Assembly: GCA_946965045.2 (NCBI GenBank)
Contig: OX337229.1
Coordinates: forward strand, 1,302,001 to 1,366,000
DNA from: Epithemia pelagica
Lineage: Eukaryota > Protista > Bacillariophyta
Reading direction: 5' to 3'
DNA length: 64,000 nucleotides
In this document: in pieces, positions 13,101 to 24,630 of the stretch
Numbering within the stretch: the first letter of the stretch is position 1
Layout: every line of letters starts with the position of its first letter
Made by a program: the position numbers and the translations under genes
Notes under the pieces: model-generated
The model's database searches: none
Told to the model about the DNA's origin: nothing
What the model saw: the letters and a program-made list of their open reading frames with translations, nothing else

Positions 13101-13654
13101 CTCCTCCAGGACTTGGAAAGATTCGAAACAAACTAAGTCGAAAAGTTGACGAATCTCTGGTCAAGGAAGTTGTACAAGTAATGCAAAACGACCGACTCAC
13201 GTTGATGTGGCATCCCACACAATCTCGAGACCATCCAAACAGGGCCCCGACCCTAGTTCGTCTGTGGATCGAGTCGGGGTTGCAGTTGGTTGACGGATCC
13301 TTCTTGCTACCAAAGTTGACTTGGACAAAAGTGAATGATGGAGACAGTACTTCTTTCAAAACCGGGGAACTTCACAAACTTGATCTTCTCGATATTACAA
13401 GGATTCGAGCCACTGATACGATTGACAGAGAAAGACACCCTTTCGCGAGCAGAAGAGTTTCTTTTGTGATTGAAAGTCAGAATGAAATATATCTCTTCGA
13501 GGCTGAGACAACTCAAGAGCGAGAACGCGTGGTATATGGACTCAAAGTTGTAGTGGCTCGCCTTGCGTCCCTTCTGATGCTTCGAGACTATCGTGCAGCT
13601 GAAGAATTCTTCGGAGCAGCAGCAAACATGGTTCCAGGAGAAGCTCCTTTCTGA
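10187..13654 (+). CDS. Uncharacterised protein with two PH-like domains separated by a long disordered linker
   Basis: Long uninterrupted ORF. Segments ending FEADTPVERDYLVSTL and FEAETTQERERVVYGLK resemble the terminal strand and helix of PH folds. First ATG is at 10187. Confidence 0.55.
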   Translation: MKKQEATATADPTSSGTSRSKASKDPPSKFELEAAVALSNPSTNTRKSTRAKSTATKTTKTVAAPANSISTTTSRFIHSTTAAALNLIQETLDGDESGSNNNNNKTIAVRMSPYLPFPMSTADEPTMTTKSPGKLSVASAYNPYGGGFDSTSPPVDQLEFHSVGFDGDGSARPTTTITSDNITLERDFKRLQEGFRVKAFIGSLTPEPAILHLDRERMNICISPTNADAEEKKDGGDSDRLVKIPMNHVFKLEFGRAGMAGTRLHPLKSFSIAIEDGPSLFYYDFEADTPVERDYLVSTLIHVLEAIYNYNELRQDNLTVRGNTRGYESERRDLDDILVETQSYSSIDGIHPRSPSTRRDTLQDVLGDDAEEGGTIDQPIPCSPSLEMTTNEFIQPLNPLRKSADTHTSLLSPSSPITPSSEGVNGSSLYGAASHTGVYGRDSFESRDPQDWTSRDQRHHEARSYDILDTNHEGGLDHGNDDRLEQARRNDPIEEKKRALLRSLLTKSPVQRNSFSSAKPLLQFDSEHTPANPEVSPRKQSEGRYRDEPIDLVGGHESSVDLSTPDLAPDANYVGRGFDPSLLVKGEFVNVDHPSAGDESYIHHQNLHTITENGGNGRQPSGLDAKLSQRTSNYDKNDGGWMTYRSTNSFSENSTVAASNVRQSRSRSNTYRTSTGSSPSEPIFVDEGQTDRPDPDGVPFDDGHSQNTDVGEVEGRSLFMSNFRSKTFFDFSGHPSQSYDLRPSNSQHQLVGPWCSDDVCTTTLNDMAQTCSGIFAADQSQYAHVQPTCIDPSLLADDQIQVVQEYVNNALGAPSAMYEYFVEDPSSENPTEANKSDGSSNRVKNRSTVRNAQAGRLRNLRKEMTFASALQNSRDHMQIRTTRSFNDAPPARITNQAANHFLGSALLTSVVNTMVQQGGDFEDIEHEEDDVAYYDSDPEDSRERTLHHGPRRVSAQMKNRLTESNRNEERSPPPGLGKIRNKLSRKVDESLVKEVVQVMQNDRLTLMWHPTQSRDHPNRAPTLVRLWIESGLQLVDGSFLLPKLTWTKVNDGDSTSFKTGELHKLDLLDITRIRATDTIDRERHPFASRRVSFVIESQNEIYLFEAETTQERERVVYGLKVVVARLASLLMLRDYRAAEEFFGAAANMVPGEAPF

Positions 13655-13921
13655 ATGAGGGGGCGATCGAGATAGTTCAAGTTTTTTTCACGCAAGCAAT
13701 GTATAGATAGTTAACGTCGGTGGGAGCAGTCCGATCCGCGGTGTAAAAGCCTTAAAGTTCTGTTTCCCAAGTTACTAATACAGAGAGTTCCGCAAACATC
13801 AATAGGATTATTTGTCATTATCAGCTATTGTATACAAGGTTCACTGGACTTGGACGGTCAAACAGAACGACAACATAAGTGTGAACCGAAACCAGGTTCA
13901 CTCCATCCAAACACGATCAGA

Positions 13922-15236
13922 CTACTTCTTGTCTTTGAATCTATCAAGAATCATATAGGACAATCCATGTTCCATACTTGCACTTTGTTTGCTACCATCA
14001 TCATTCTCTGTGTCGGATGTAGTATGAAGCAATTTTCTCATACTCGTGATTCCCAATGCAGCTGTGCTGATACTTCGCTCTGTCATTTCCGACTGTGGGG
14101 TCTGCATTTCACTTACATCAAGCTCGCTGAACCCGGTAATATTACTCTCTCCATCGTGACTGTGCCGTATTGGGGTTTTGATGCCTAGATCCAAAGCTGG
14201 GTTTGAATTTTCATCGTTGCTTACTGCTCCCAAGATACCGGTTGCGTTTGTCTCAGCAATACTGGATTCGGCAATGCTTCTGCATTCCACATCATAAACT
14301 TCATCCTCAGGTAATGTTCTCTTATTCTCAATCTGATTTTTCTCTTCTATGACCTCCTCCTTGTAGCATAGGTTTTGAAGGCACTTTCTGAACGCTGTCC
14401 AGCCACCACTTACGTATAGTAGAATAGAAGCAATGGCAAGGACAGTGACAGAGAGAATCACAGTAGCAACAAGAAGGCCGGTATCACCAATCGTTTTGCC
14501 ACCATCATCAGAAATGTCTTGCAACTCGGTTGTGGTCACGACTTCCTCATAAAGAACCAATACATTTTCCACGTTCAGCGCATTGGCAAGGTTACGGTTA
14601 CCAACGCTTGCTTCTAAAATCTCGAATAAGTTGATGGGTTGATCGGCAACATAAACAAGAGACAGTCCACTGTCGATTCTCAGAGTGTCTCCTGGCACCA
14701 AGGCCTGGTTCTGAACAGCGACACCAAGTTGCAGCATATTTGTGTCTGCGATAAGAATGTCTGTGATGAAAGTGCTAATCCTGTTTTCCAGATCATATAA
14801 TCCATTGGCCTCGTATAATTGAGACACCCCGCCGAGGTCAATATCGAAGCCAAGTTTTGCCTCATATATCTGAAGAGGGAACGTTGGTAGACAGTAGAAT
14901 GAGCTGGAATACATTTCGATGACGACGAAGTTTTGTCGACATGATCACATGGCAGCACTTACCGTAGAGGCCTGAGCAATTTGCACGAAGAACGCGCCCC
15001 ACGCAAGGAGTAAGGGCCGCATTGTAACCATTTGATTGACAGAAGAACTTATCTTCTGACTTCTGAAGTGCTTTGATGTGCAAGACGTCTACGGAAAGGA
15101 AGTTGGTTTGTTTTTTACAAAAAAGTGACGGAATTGCCGATGGCAGTTGGCGGGGAACCATGCCGACGTGCGAGTTTGACGCCCCTGTGGACAAACGTGT
15201 CACACATCGTCTCGCTTCTTGATCGCATCTCCCCAT
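13922..15236 (-). CDS. Uncharacterised single-pass membrane protein; 5' exons uncertain
   Basis: 330-codon ORF with one TM helix (TGLLVATVILSVTVLAIASILLYV) and a Ser/Thr-rich tail. There is an acceptor-like ttcag near 14872 and a gtaag donor near 14964; the start was not resolved. Confidence 0.5.
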
Positions 15237-15558
15237 CCAGAATCCGTATATTGTATGCTACTCGCATACTCGTTATTGTACAAGTATCCGTATTGAGAAC
15301 GAATATGGGAAGTATCTCTGTATAATATATAATATCTGTAGCTTGTGTATCTTTGCTTACTGCTTGTTCGTTGTACGTCCCTGTCACTGTCGGTGTCGCT
15401 AGTGTGTCTGTGGAGTCGATGTCGATTTTGTCGATGGCACATCGGCCATCCCTTTCATCCCTCGTCAAGATCTGACTCTAGGTAGAGCTTCATTCCATAT
15501 CAGCTTTCCGTGCACAAGGTGGTTCTATCAATCAATTAGTAACTCGAACTTGTTGTAG

Positions 15559-16961
15559 ATGGCGTCTCGGTTTGCGATGTTGAATGCGGTCAAGAGGATC
15601 AGTACCAAGACCACCGTGGTCGGGTCTTTTCAGAGGTATTTGTCGACTGCAATCCGTAAACAACCCCCAGCAGAACATGTTGTTGTTGATCAGTACTCTC
15701 CGTTGTCGACGACGCAAGTGACAACATCAGAAGCGGTTGCTTCAGAAAATCGTCTTCCAAATGATGTTCACCAACGAAATGCTCTCTATGCTGGAGAAGA
15801 AGAAAGGTCCATGGGTGGCATCACTGCTCGAGTACGACATGATTGGACCAAGGAGGAAATTGCCGAGATTTACCATTTGCCATTCGTGGAACTGATGTAC
15901 AGAGCGAGCACTGTCCATCGCATGTACTGGGACCCTTCGGAGGTTCAGCAGTGCACTTTGCTTTCAATCAAGACCGGTGGTTGCACGGAGGACTGTTCGT
16001 ACTGCTCACAGTCTACTCGGTACAAGACTTTCGTCAAACCTACTCCAACCATGAAAGTGAAGGAAGTGCTTGAGGCTGCTCAGCGTGCAAAGGACGCTGG
16101 TTCCACACGCTTTTGTATGGGGGCGGCTTGGCGCGAGCTGGGCAACAAGCAAAATGCATTCGGTCATATTTTAGAAATGGTTCGAGGGGTAAACAGCATG
16201 GGGTTAGAAGTTTGTTGTACTCTTGGTATGCTGACAGCAGAGCAATCTAAACAGTTGAAAGAGGCAGGCTTGACGGCTTACAATCACAACTTGGACACCA
16301 GCCCCGAACATTACCCCAATGTGATTTCTACTCGGACCTACGAAGATCGTCTTCAGACCATTGCTAATGTACGCGATGCTGGCATTAGCGTTTGCTGTGG
16401 TGGAATTTTAGGATTGGGTGAAAAAGATACTGACCGTGTGGGACTTTTGCATGTTCTTGCGACGCTCCCTGAACATCCCGAATCGGTGCCCATCAATGCA
16501 CTTGTTGCAGTCGAAGGGACACCTCTCGGTGACGCAGACGAGATTGATCGCGTGGATGCATTTGATATGACACGAATGATCGCCACTGCTCGGATTGTCA
16601 TGCCGCGGACAATGGTGCGCCTTTCTGCGGGACGACTGTCCTTTTCAGATGCCGAACAGTTTCTCATGTTTCAAGCCGGCGCAAATTCTATTTTTAATGG
16701 AGAAAAGCTTTTGACTACGCCGAATCCCGAGTTTGATGCCGATTCTCAGCTCTTCGATAAATTTGGTCTAAGGGGAAAGCCCGCTCATCAGGTATGTTAT
16801 CCGGCGACATCGATTGTTTGCGTGATTAGTCATTTGGTTCTTAGTTTGTTCTATGCACTATTGTATAGGGACCCCGCGTTGCCCCTGCCGAGGCGGAGAA
16901 CAGAGTTCATATATCTTACGTGAGAGGTGGCACAGCATCGCAGGAAGAACAGTATGCTTAG
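15559..16961 (+). CDS. bioB: Biotin synthase (radical SAM) with a mitochondrial-type presequence
   Basis: CTEDCSYCSQS (CxxxCxxC), YNHNLDTS, CCGGILGLGE, PESVPIN, VRLSAGR and GANSIF. Intron 16792-16868; the last exon reads GPRVAP...QYA*. Confidence 0.96.
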
Positions 16962-17015
16962 TGAGTAATATATTTCAGTCGACATCACTTTGCCGATGAT
17001 GCATTGTAAGAAAGC

Positions 17016-18073
17016 TTAGTTCGACATGTTATGTTCAACACTATCGACGTCATCGAGTTCCTCCAAGGCGTCGATAATCTGCATATTCTTCTCAAAATCC
17101 TCTTCCGACACTTCTACAGGAGCCTTTGGTATGTAGGACAAAGTCATTTTGATCTTTTCTTCATCCACACCCATAGCTTTGATGGCATCCATCATGAGTG
17201 AGCCTTCTTTTGGATCGACCAAAACCTGGGATGGTGTGTCATCGTCTTCACTTTCTATCAACTCGTAGTCTTCACATCCAGCATCAACCGCCGCCTCCAA
17301 CAACTCATCTTCGTCCATTTTCACTCCGTCAACTTTAATTACGCTCTTCCGATCGTACAAGAAAACAACAGAGCCTTGTTCTGCAATTTTGCCCTCGCGT
17401 TTGTTGACGCAGGCCTTAACATCAGCTGTGGCCCGATTATCGTTATCCGTCAAGACCGTGATAACATACGAAGCTCCACCAAATCCATATGCCTCAAACG
17501 TTTTCTCTTTGAAGTCTCCAGTATTGGCCTCAGTGGCTCTTTTGATGGCTCGTTGGATATTGTCCACAGGAACAGAGCTGGCTTTTGCTTGTTTAATAAG
17601 GTCTCCAAGCATGCGATTTGCATTTGGATCCGACGAACCCCCTTGCTTGACTACACAACACCAAACGACAGAAAGGTAAGAACCACCTACTTCTGTCAAC
17701 AGAGTATGATAGCAACAATTCTAGCAATGGAACATACTCTTGGATCCGGGCTGGTGACACGGCGTGAAGGAAAAGTGTAAAGACAAACTCACCTGCCATT
17801 ATGATTTTCTTCCCAAACACAGCATTCGTCTTTGCCTTCTTGGCGTCAGTTTTTGCCTTTGTGCTTGCTCTTACGGCAGCTGCTCGACCCATGAACAAAA
17901 CCAGAGGGTGTACTTGCTGCGTGTTCTTGGCACTATCGAACGATCTTTTCCACTACTCGCACGACTCCATCACTTCTAACTGGCCGGAATGCTGGGAGTG
18001 TTCCGGTGAAAGCACACGCACTGGACAACAACAGTAAGGATACCAAAGCGGTGAATCTTGTGGTCAGGCTCAT
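17016..18073 (-). CDS. YebC/PmpR/TACO1 family protein, probably plastid-targeted
   Basis: MGRAAAVRASTKAKTD..KKIIMAVKQGG (intron 17792-17651), FEAYGFGG, TDNDNRATADVK and LEELDDVDSVEHN. An upstream exon from 18073 encodes a signal peptide ending SSACAF; that first intron's boundaries are uncertain. Confidence 0.85.
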
Positions 18074-18623
18074 GATTTGGCAGTCTCCGGCGTTGTCGTT
18101 TGGGTACGGCTACTTGTTTGATTCTCTTTTCGATGAGGCATCATCGTTGCCGACAAGACACGTACGAGGAGCCATCACTTTCATGCGACCCAATGACAGC
18201 GGACAGACGGGACGGCAGATGGACAGACAGATAAAGCGTCCGCTCGGGTTCCTTCGTGATCGATGATTGATGGGATGGTTGCAATTTTCCATCGTTGTAT
18301 TGTTATTAGAGCCATGTTGTACGACTACAAGGGGGAGTTTATCTATGCCTTCACGTCCTACCAAATTCGTTATAGATATTCTTTAAATAGATCCGGGCAG
18401 GCCCATTGTAGTCGTCTTTAACACAATTGCCCTACGCATGGTCAATACGACTACGGTTGTACACAAAAATGAGTGCAAGTCGTCACTCTTGTACGTAACG
18501 CACCCTACAAGTTACGAGTACTCGTACTCGATTTTAGGATTAGACACGGCTTTCGTTAAAGGCATTACGGTTACGGGAGAGGGCCAAAGGCACTCATTAG
18601 AAAGAAGGACGACAAACCGCAAC

Positions 18624-21350
18624 ATGGTGCTTCAAACGGAGACAAAGCCTGCATTGGAAGCATCGCAGGCAGAGTCTGCTACAAGATCAAAGGTTCAGAG
18701 AAGAAAGAGCCGAGATTCCGATAAGAAGAAAGAAGAGAAGGAGGAACAAAATAGTGAACCACCATCGACCTCTGGCGACGCGACAAACCTATCAGATAAA
18801 GAGAATGGATTGTCAACCAAGCAAGATGACTCTTCAGACACAAAAGATTCTGGACCTCAAGAAGAGGGAGAGACGGCGAATGAGACAGATGATTCGTCTT
18901 CACCGATATCACGGCGGAAAACGAGCTCTGAACATGGGAGCATCAGTACACGGCGCTCGGCGAGTAAGAGCAGGAGGAGTCGACATCGCTCCAAGTCACC
19001 CGCTTTAGCAGATGGAAGCCGACCTGGACGCTCTATGAGCAAAACGCGAAGTCGCAAACGAGATAAGTCTGTGACTGTGTCCTCGAGAAGTCGCTCCCTG
19101 TCCATTTCGGCGCCAAAATCACGGAGGGGAAAGTCAGTGCCGCGGACGCGGAGCTCAGACGACCTAGGTCCCAGTGCTGGAAGCAAGCACAGAAAAACCA
19201 GGCGCAGGGTCAGACGCCTAGATGGAATTGATTCCGCATCGAGCCATGATGAAATCAGCCTCACTACATCACTTTCAATGAAAGAGGAGATAAAGAAAAA
19301 GGCGCAATCCGACCATCACGCGTCTCTCAATGCACTTGTCTATAAGTTACGAGATACTTCGCTTGAAGAAGAGCTGGTAGGTCTTTTCAAACGAATCGAG
19401 GATGCGGATGGAATTCCTCTCCGGAGAGAAACTCCCCCCGACGCCAACCCAATTGCTGATAGCATGATAAAGACGTTGCGCAACGACCCAGAAATACGAG
19501 GAGTCCGAATACAGGACGATAAAACATTTCATGACGTCGAAAAGGGCCTTCCCGTTGAGTTTGCAGAAGGCTTGAGGCCCAACCTTCATTTAAGGTCGCT
19601 GTTTATTACAGGAGTGGGGCTTCGTGATGATTTTCTGTTATCCATATCCAGCAGTATCCGCGACAATTTCACATTGGAGAATTTGGTTCTCGCGAACAAT
19701 TGTTTTACCAGCAGTGCCCTCGCAGAGTTCTGCATTTGTCTTGGTTTGAATGTTTCTCTCCGACATGTGGACCTACGGGACCAAAACCCTTCCGTGACCC
19801 TACTGAAAGAACACGAGAAAGAGGCAATGGATGCTGTTGCCAGCAACAAGTACATTCATGTCTTGAGGATGGACGTCGCAAGCGAAAAATTCCAGGAGAT
19901 GATTGAAAAGACGCTAGAAAAGAACAAGAAGACACCTAAATACTTGAACTACGACAAAAAGCTTCTCAAATACTGCGAGGAGGAAGCCCGCAACGCCGAG
20001 CAACTCTTCCAGTTGAACTTGATCGAAGAAAAGCTAAAACACCAATTCAAGAAGGAGATTTCGCTTCTCGCAAATCTGGCAGAAATCGCCAAGATAAATA
20101 AAGTCGATATCAGAACCAAGGACGACACGAGGGAAGGCAACAATGATGCAGAGGAGAATCCTGATTGCCAAGATAGCCGACAACTTCCCGCTGACGACGA
20201 GATGACATCCGACGGGGCATTTCTGGATGAAGAATTTATTTCAAGGTTCATTGAAGCAGACCCGTCCTCTCTGGGTGTAGTATTCAATTTCAATGGACAA
20301 GAAGCGTTTTTCAGAAAGTTTAATCCTTCCCACGAATCAAGAAAAGCGATTGTGACCAAGTTTGTTGACCTGTTGGTGAACCATACACAAGCTGCAGAGA
20401 TAACTCGAATCACAATGCGAGAGTCAGCATGCAGAGATGACTTTGTGATTGCTCTGTGCCAAAAGTGTCAAGGAAATTCAAAAGTACTTCCCAAGCTCTT
20501 CTTGCTGGACCTCGGAATGAACTGTATATCTGACGCTGGTGTTGCTGCTCTCTCAGCTTGTATGATGGAAAAGAAATCATTGCGATATCTCCAAGTCCTC
20601 ATACTTCAAAATCAGCGCAGTGCTGCAGCGGGGAAACGGATCTATTTTAGCACTTCCTCCGAATTGATGCTCGCTAAAGCTCTCTGTCAGAACCTGAGTA
20701 TTCTGCGTCTGTCTTTAAAGATAAGAAATGTACCCACACGCCAGAAACTCGAAGGTTACCTCGCTAGAAATTTGGACCTTCTGGAACAGGCAAGACTTAT
20801 CAAAGAGCTGACGGGGAGGATCAAGCACGCCAGAAATGAACTGGAACAGCAAATTGACCGTTTGTCTTCAAACGATCCTGCATTGTGGCATGTGGATTTC
20901 TCAGGAGATCAGCGCTTTCTTTCTCTGAAGCGCAAGGACGTTCTGAAAGTAGCCAAGGCATTGTGGGGGAACAAATTTATCACAGAAGTGCGTCTTGATA
21001 GACTGAAGTTGAACGACGACTTTGCAGTGCATCTGAGTGAAAGCATCGAAAACAATAGTTCTATTCGGGTCGTGAGCCTTGAGGGGAATGAGATAAGCGG
21101 GACTGGGATCAACATAATACTTTCGGGTCTGGTAAAGAATGCTACAATTGTGGAGGTCAATCTACGCAACCAGACAGAGTCCATGTCAGGCGACGAAGAA
21201 AAGGAGATTCTCGCGTCCCTCGGAGATAACCGAGTTGTTCGCAAGCTTGGACTAGATATAGAGAACGAGGACGTACTTGAAGAGCTGGCCAAACGGTTGG
21301 CAAACAACCAACAGTCTCAGTGGAGGTCTCAACGAAAAAGTATTGAATAA
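18624..21350 (+). CDS. Protein with three tropomodulin-like LRR domains and a basic/Ser-rich N-terminus
   Basis: The third repeat (LSSNDPAL...LEGNEISGTGI...NLRNQTESM..EKEIL..LGDN..RKLG) follows the tropomodulin LRR pattern closely; two more divergent copies precede it. Confidence 0.7.
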   Translation: MVLQTETKPALEASQAESATRSKVQRRKSRDSDKKKEEKEEQNSEPPSTSGDATNLSDKENGLSTKQDDSSDTKDSGPQEEGETANETDDSSSPISRRKTSSEHGSISTRRSASKSRRSRHRSKSPALADGSRPGRSMSKTRSRKRDKSVTVSSRSRSLSISAPKSRRGKSVPRTRSSDDLGPSAGSKHRKTRRRVRRLDGIDSASSHDEISLTTSLSMKEEIKKKAQSDHHASLNALVYKLRDTSLEEELVGLFKRIEDADGIPLRRETPPDANPIADSMIKTLRNDPEIRGVRIQDDKTFHDVEKGLPVEFAEGLRPNLHLRSLFITGVGLRDDFLLSISSSIRDNFTLENLVLANNCFTSSALAEFCICLGLNVSLRHVDLRDQNPSVTLLKEHEKEAMDAVASNKYIHVLRMDVASEKFQEMIEKTLEKNKKTPKYLNYDKKLLKYCEEEARNAEQLFQLNLIEEKLKHQFKKEISLLANLAEIAKINKVDIRTKDDTREGNNDAEENPDCQDSRQLPADDEMTSDGAFLDEEFISRFIEADPSSLGVVFNFNGQEAFFRKFNPSHESRKAIVTKFVDLLVNHTQAAEITRITMRESACRDDFVIALCQKCQGNSKVLPKLFLLDLGMNCISDAGVAALSACMMEKKSLRYLQVLILQNQRSAAAGKRIYFSTSSELMLAKALCQNLSILRLSLKIRNVPTRQKLEGYLARNLDLLEQARLIKELTGRIKHARNELEQQIDRLSSNDPALWHVDFSGDQRFLSLKRKDVLKVAKALWGNKFITEVRLDRLKLNDDFAVHLSESIENNSSIRVVSLEGNEISGTGINIILSGLVKNATIVEVNLRNQTESMSGDEEKEILASLGDNRVVRKLGLDIENEDVLEELAKRLANNQQSQWRSQRKSIE

Positions 21351-21540
21351 TCCAAGTATTGGAGATGGGCTCAGCACTGTGTGGGTCCCAAGTCTGCAAG
21401 AGGCAACGATGTCAAAGGCCGCGACTATTGGGGTGGTCGTTCGCCTGGATAGGACCGTCTTGAAACAAAGGAAAGTTACTAGAGCCTAATTGCATCATAG
21501 CATCGACGCTTTGTGAATGCCAAATCTATAGAGTTTTGCG

Positions 21541-22455
21541 TTAGACGACTTCACCCTCAACTCGTTCATTCATTTCCAATTCTGACTTTGTGGATTCGTT
21601 CAGTCCAACCGGCATGTCCTCACTTCCGATCGGACGACCAGATCGCTCATCCGTCCCATCGCCTTGGGACATTGCCCACCACTGCAACGAGAATATTGGT
21701 AGATTGTCCTTGCGGCGTGCAACATAGAGATGATAGGATCCGAGAAGAACCGAGCCAATTCCGCATAACAGGGAAACAAGAGGATCAATCCACCAAAAAT
21801 CTGAGTTCTCTCTGATAATCATAGTGTTGACGAATAAAGTTCCAGCAAGTATTGTCCCAATCAACGAACACAGGCCATCCTTGTAGAGAGAGGCCGAGTC
21901 AAGGCAATTAGCATAATGGAATTTGAATCCTGCCAGAGTTCCAAAAATGAGGACAGAGAAGAAGGAGACAGCCAGGATTTCATCCAACTGATCTGGGTTT
22001 TCCTGTCCTCTCGTATAGTCATCAATAGCAGTCCCAATTACGACTACACCGAGGAAGATCAAAATGAAGGAAATAGCGATCGAGGCTCGTTTTTCTCTTC
22101 GATTCAACTTTTCCTCCAAGACAGGATCAACTTTCGATGGAGCGAAGAATCGCCACAAGACAACCGCACTGGACAAGAAATCAACGCAATTTTCAAGTCC
22201 AAAAACCAAAGCAAGAGACGATCCAGTCGACTGAGAGAGAAAAACAGATACATTGATGAGAGAATAATACCTTGAACATCATAGTATTAGATGTACTAAC
22301 ACAGAAATAAACTGATTCATCTCATGGTCGTAGACTTTTCCTCTTACCCAATACATTAGAATACCGGCAAGAGCGGCCAGAACTGTTATTATTAGACTTG
22401 TCCATGACAAGCGATAAGCATCCTTGGTGTTGGGCGCGCTCCAACAACGAGGCAT
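21541..22455 (-). CDS. TMEM163-like / cation-efflux family membrane protein
   Basis: Exon 1 (22455-22348) gives MPRCWS...GILMYW; intron 22347-22231; then LENCVDFLSSAVVLWRF, LYKDGLCS and WWIDP. About six TM helices. Confidence 0.72.
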
Positions 22456-22987
22456 GGCTATGGCGTCGGGGTCAGTGAGAGAAAAAGTAAGATTGAGGGA
22501 TATTTCTCGCGTTCCTGCAGACCTGTGTAGCTGCAGAAGGGAATTGCCGTTACAATGAAAGCCTCAGCACCAACTCCAGTTACAATTGCCAAGGCTTCTT
22601 GTCTTATGTTTGAGACGAGGAAGGATGGTGATGATGATGCCAATCTTGACAAAAAAGTTTGAAAAAGTGGGGGCACGTCAGTCTTTGTCCTCAATCATTA
22701 AGGGGCATCAGAAATCAAAATGAGATGAGGATGCCTACCTCTACCTTATTTATAACTACCTCATCCCATTCCCAATGCCTCGATCTCCTCGATGTTCTCC
22801 TAGGAGTAGGCTTTAGGTAGCCCACGAGATGCTCCAAGACGCCGATCAACTGGTAATCCTACATATTTATTTTCTCGCTTGTCGGTGGAACTTACCGCCC
22901 GCCATTGATATCTATCAATGAGCGTGAAGGTGGCAATATCTCCAGATTCCATCGCAAATTCCAAGCTCCAAGGATAAGATTGTCCAA

Positions 22988-23853
22988 TCATGACGTTGTA
23001 TCTCGTTCCAGAGCTGGTTTCAGCGATGCATGGAAGTTTGTCGTATGCTTCCTTACCGAGGTGTGTCCGTGGTGCCCATCTCGTCGATGATGATGATGGC
23101 CGTGACCTGTGTGACTACTCAAAGATTCTTCAATGAACCTTTCCATCTCTGTATTTCGTATTGCTTGAGCAAGTGCAGCGGGACTTTTGGGCAGGCCATG
23201 ATGTTGTGTGTTGGTCCTTTTGTGTTCTTCAGATTTAGCGGTGAACTCAGCACTTCCCGAAGTATCGCGTGAGACATTTTCGGCAGTGGAAAAGTCCAGT
23301 TCCATTTCTACATGAGCTTTTTCATCTTTGCGACTCTGGTAGCCTTCGTCGATAAAATCTGAGAGCCACGAATCATTGAGACCACTCCCACGCCTTTCTT
23401 CTTCGTTAGAATTTGGTCCAAGACCCAACACGCTAACAGGAGGAATATTAGGTCAGCGAAAGGGGAGCGTATCGATGACAGTAAAAGAAAAATGAGAGAG
23501 AATATCTTACCTCTCAACTTTTGATAACTCAATATTTGTTCGTTTGCTTTCTGGCATCCCTCCTTCTCCTTTGTGATTGCCCTCCTCACCAAGAACTTCT
23601 TGAAGCCAGGCGTCAAATTTGAGTTCTTGCTCGTCTTTCGATGCCCGTCCAATACGGTCTCCATCCTGGGATTCAAGCTCAGGTCCCAGAAGATCATCCA
23701 CATCCTCTTCTTCAAGTGATTCTAGAGTAGTCTTCAAGATGCTTCCTCGCTGAGACGACCTTAGCCCTGAGGATTTTGGTCGCGACAGGATGAGAGATTT
23801 TGCCCTCGTCGCTTTTCGACGAGGTGGCTCTTTGACTACGTCAACTTGAGCCC
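22988..23853 (-). CDS. Uncharacterised acidic low-complexity protein (partial model)
   Basis: Two open segments (about 23853-23509 and 23433-22988) are joined by a gtaag...ttag intron. The start exon was not identified. Confidence 0.4.
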
Positions 23854-24630
23854 TAGCTAGATGTAGACACTTTGGCTATCACACTATGCCTCAATCGTCC
23901 ATTTCCTCGCAGGCGAAGGAATCCACGCTTCCCTTGATCTTGTCTGCCGGTGTCCATTTTTTTCCTTCATTGTTTCCATCGGGTTGATTTACCGTGGCAA
24001 GATTTTATTGCGGTCATGGGCATATCTTTCGTCCATATCCGTATCGGCTCAGCATATTTTTGGATCTTGCAGTATGCTGTAGGATATGGATATGGGTTAT
24101 GGGCCTTTGCGTTGAAGCCTTGTCACTTGTCAAAAGTCGAACCCTTTGTCGTCAATCGCGTGAAAGGCATCTTGGTATTCCCCAGCGGCGATTTAATGAG
24201 AGCGCGATTTCATAAATCTGTCCCATACAACCCTCTTGATGATACAATACTCCTTTTCCTTCCATAATTCCTGACCGATGGGGATTCAAAAAATGACATG
24301 TTCACGATTCTTCGCGTAGTCTGTTCCCGTAGTCGCGCGCGGATGGTGCACGACTGGATGTTGGGAGTATCATCCCATCTTCTCGTCTACGTCTCCCTAC
24401 TCCCTACGTGCTTTTTGTACTAGAAATCACCACAGGCAGTCGCCCTGCAACAACAACCCCAGTAACAACGGCGTCTCGCTTGTTGTTCGGCGTCTCGTGA
24501 ACACAAAAGAGCTCAACCGTCCGCAGAAAATAGAGGGTCTTTGTGTCTTGGTTGATTCTGTCGCCAAGCACAATAGAAATAGAATAGAGATAGAAAGAAA
24601 GTATATGCCTCTCTACTTCTTCCCTCGGAT

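Noticed and set aside
15559-16961. Biotin biosynthetic gene cluster
   Set aside because: Only biotin synthase is present; the neighbours are unrelated.
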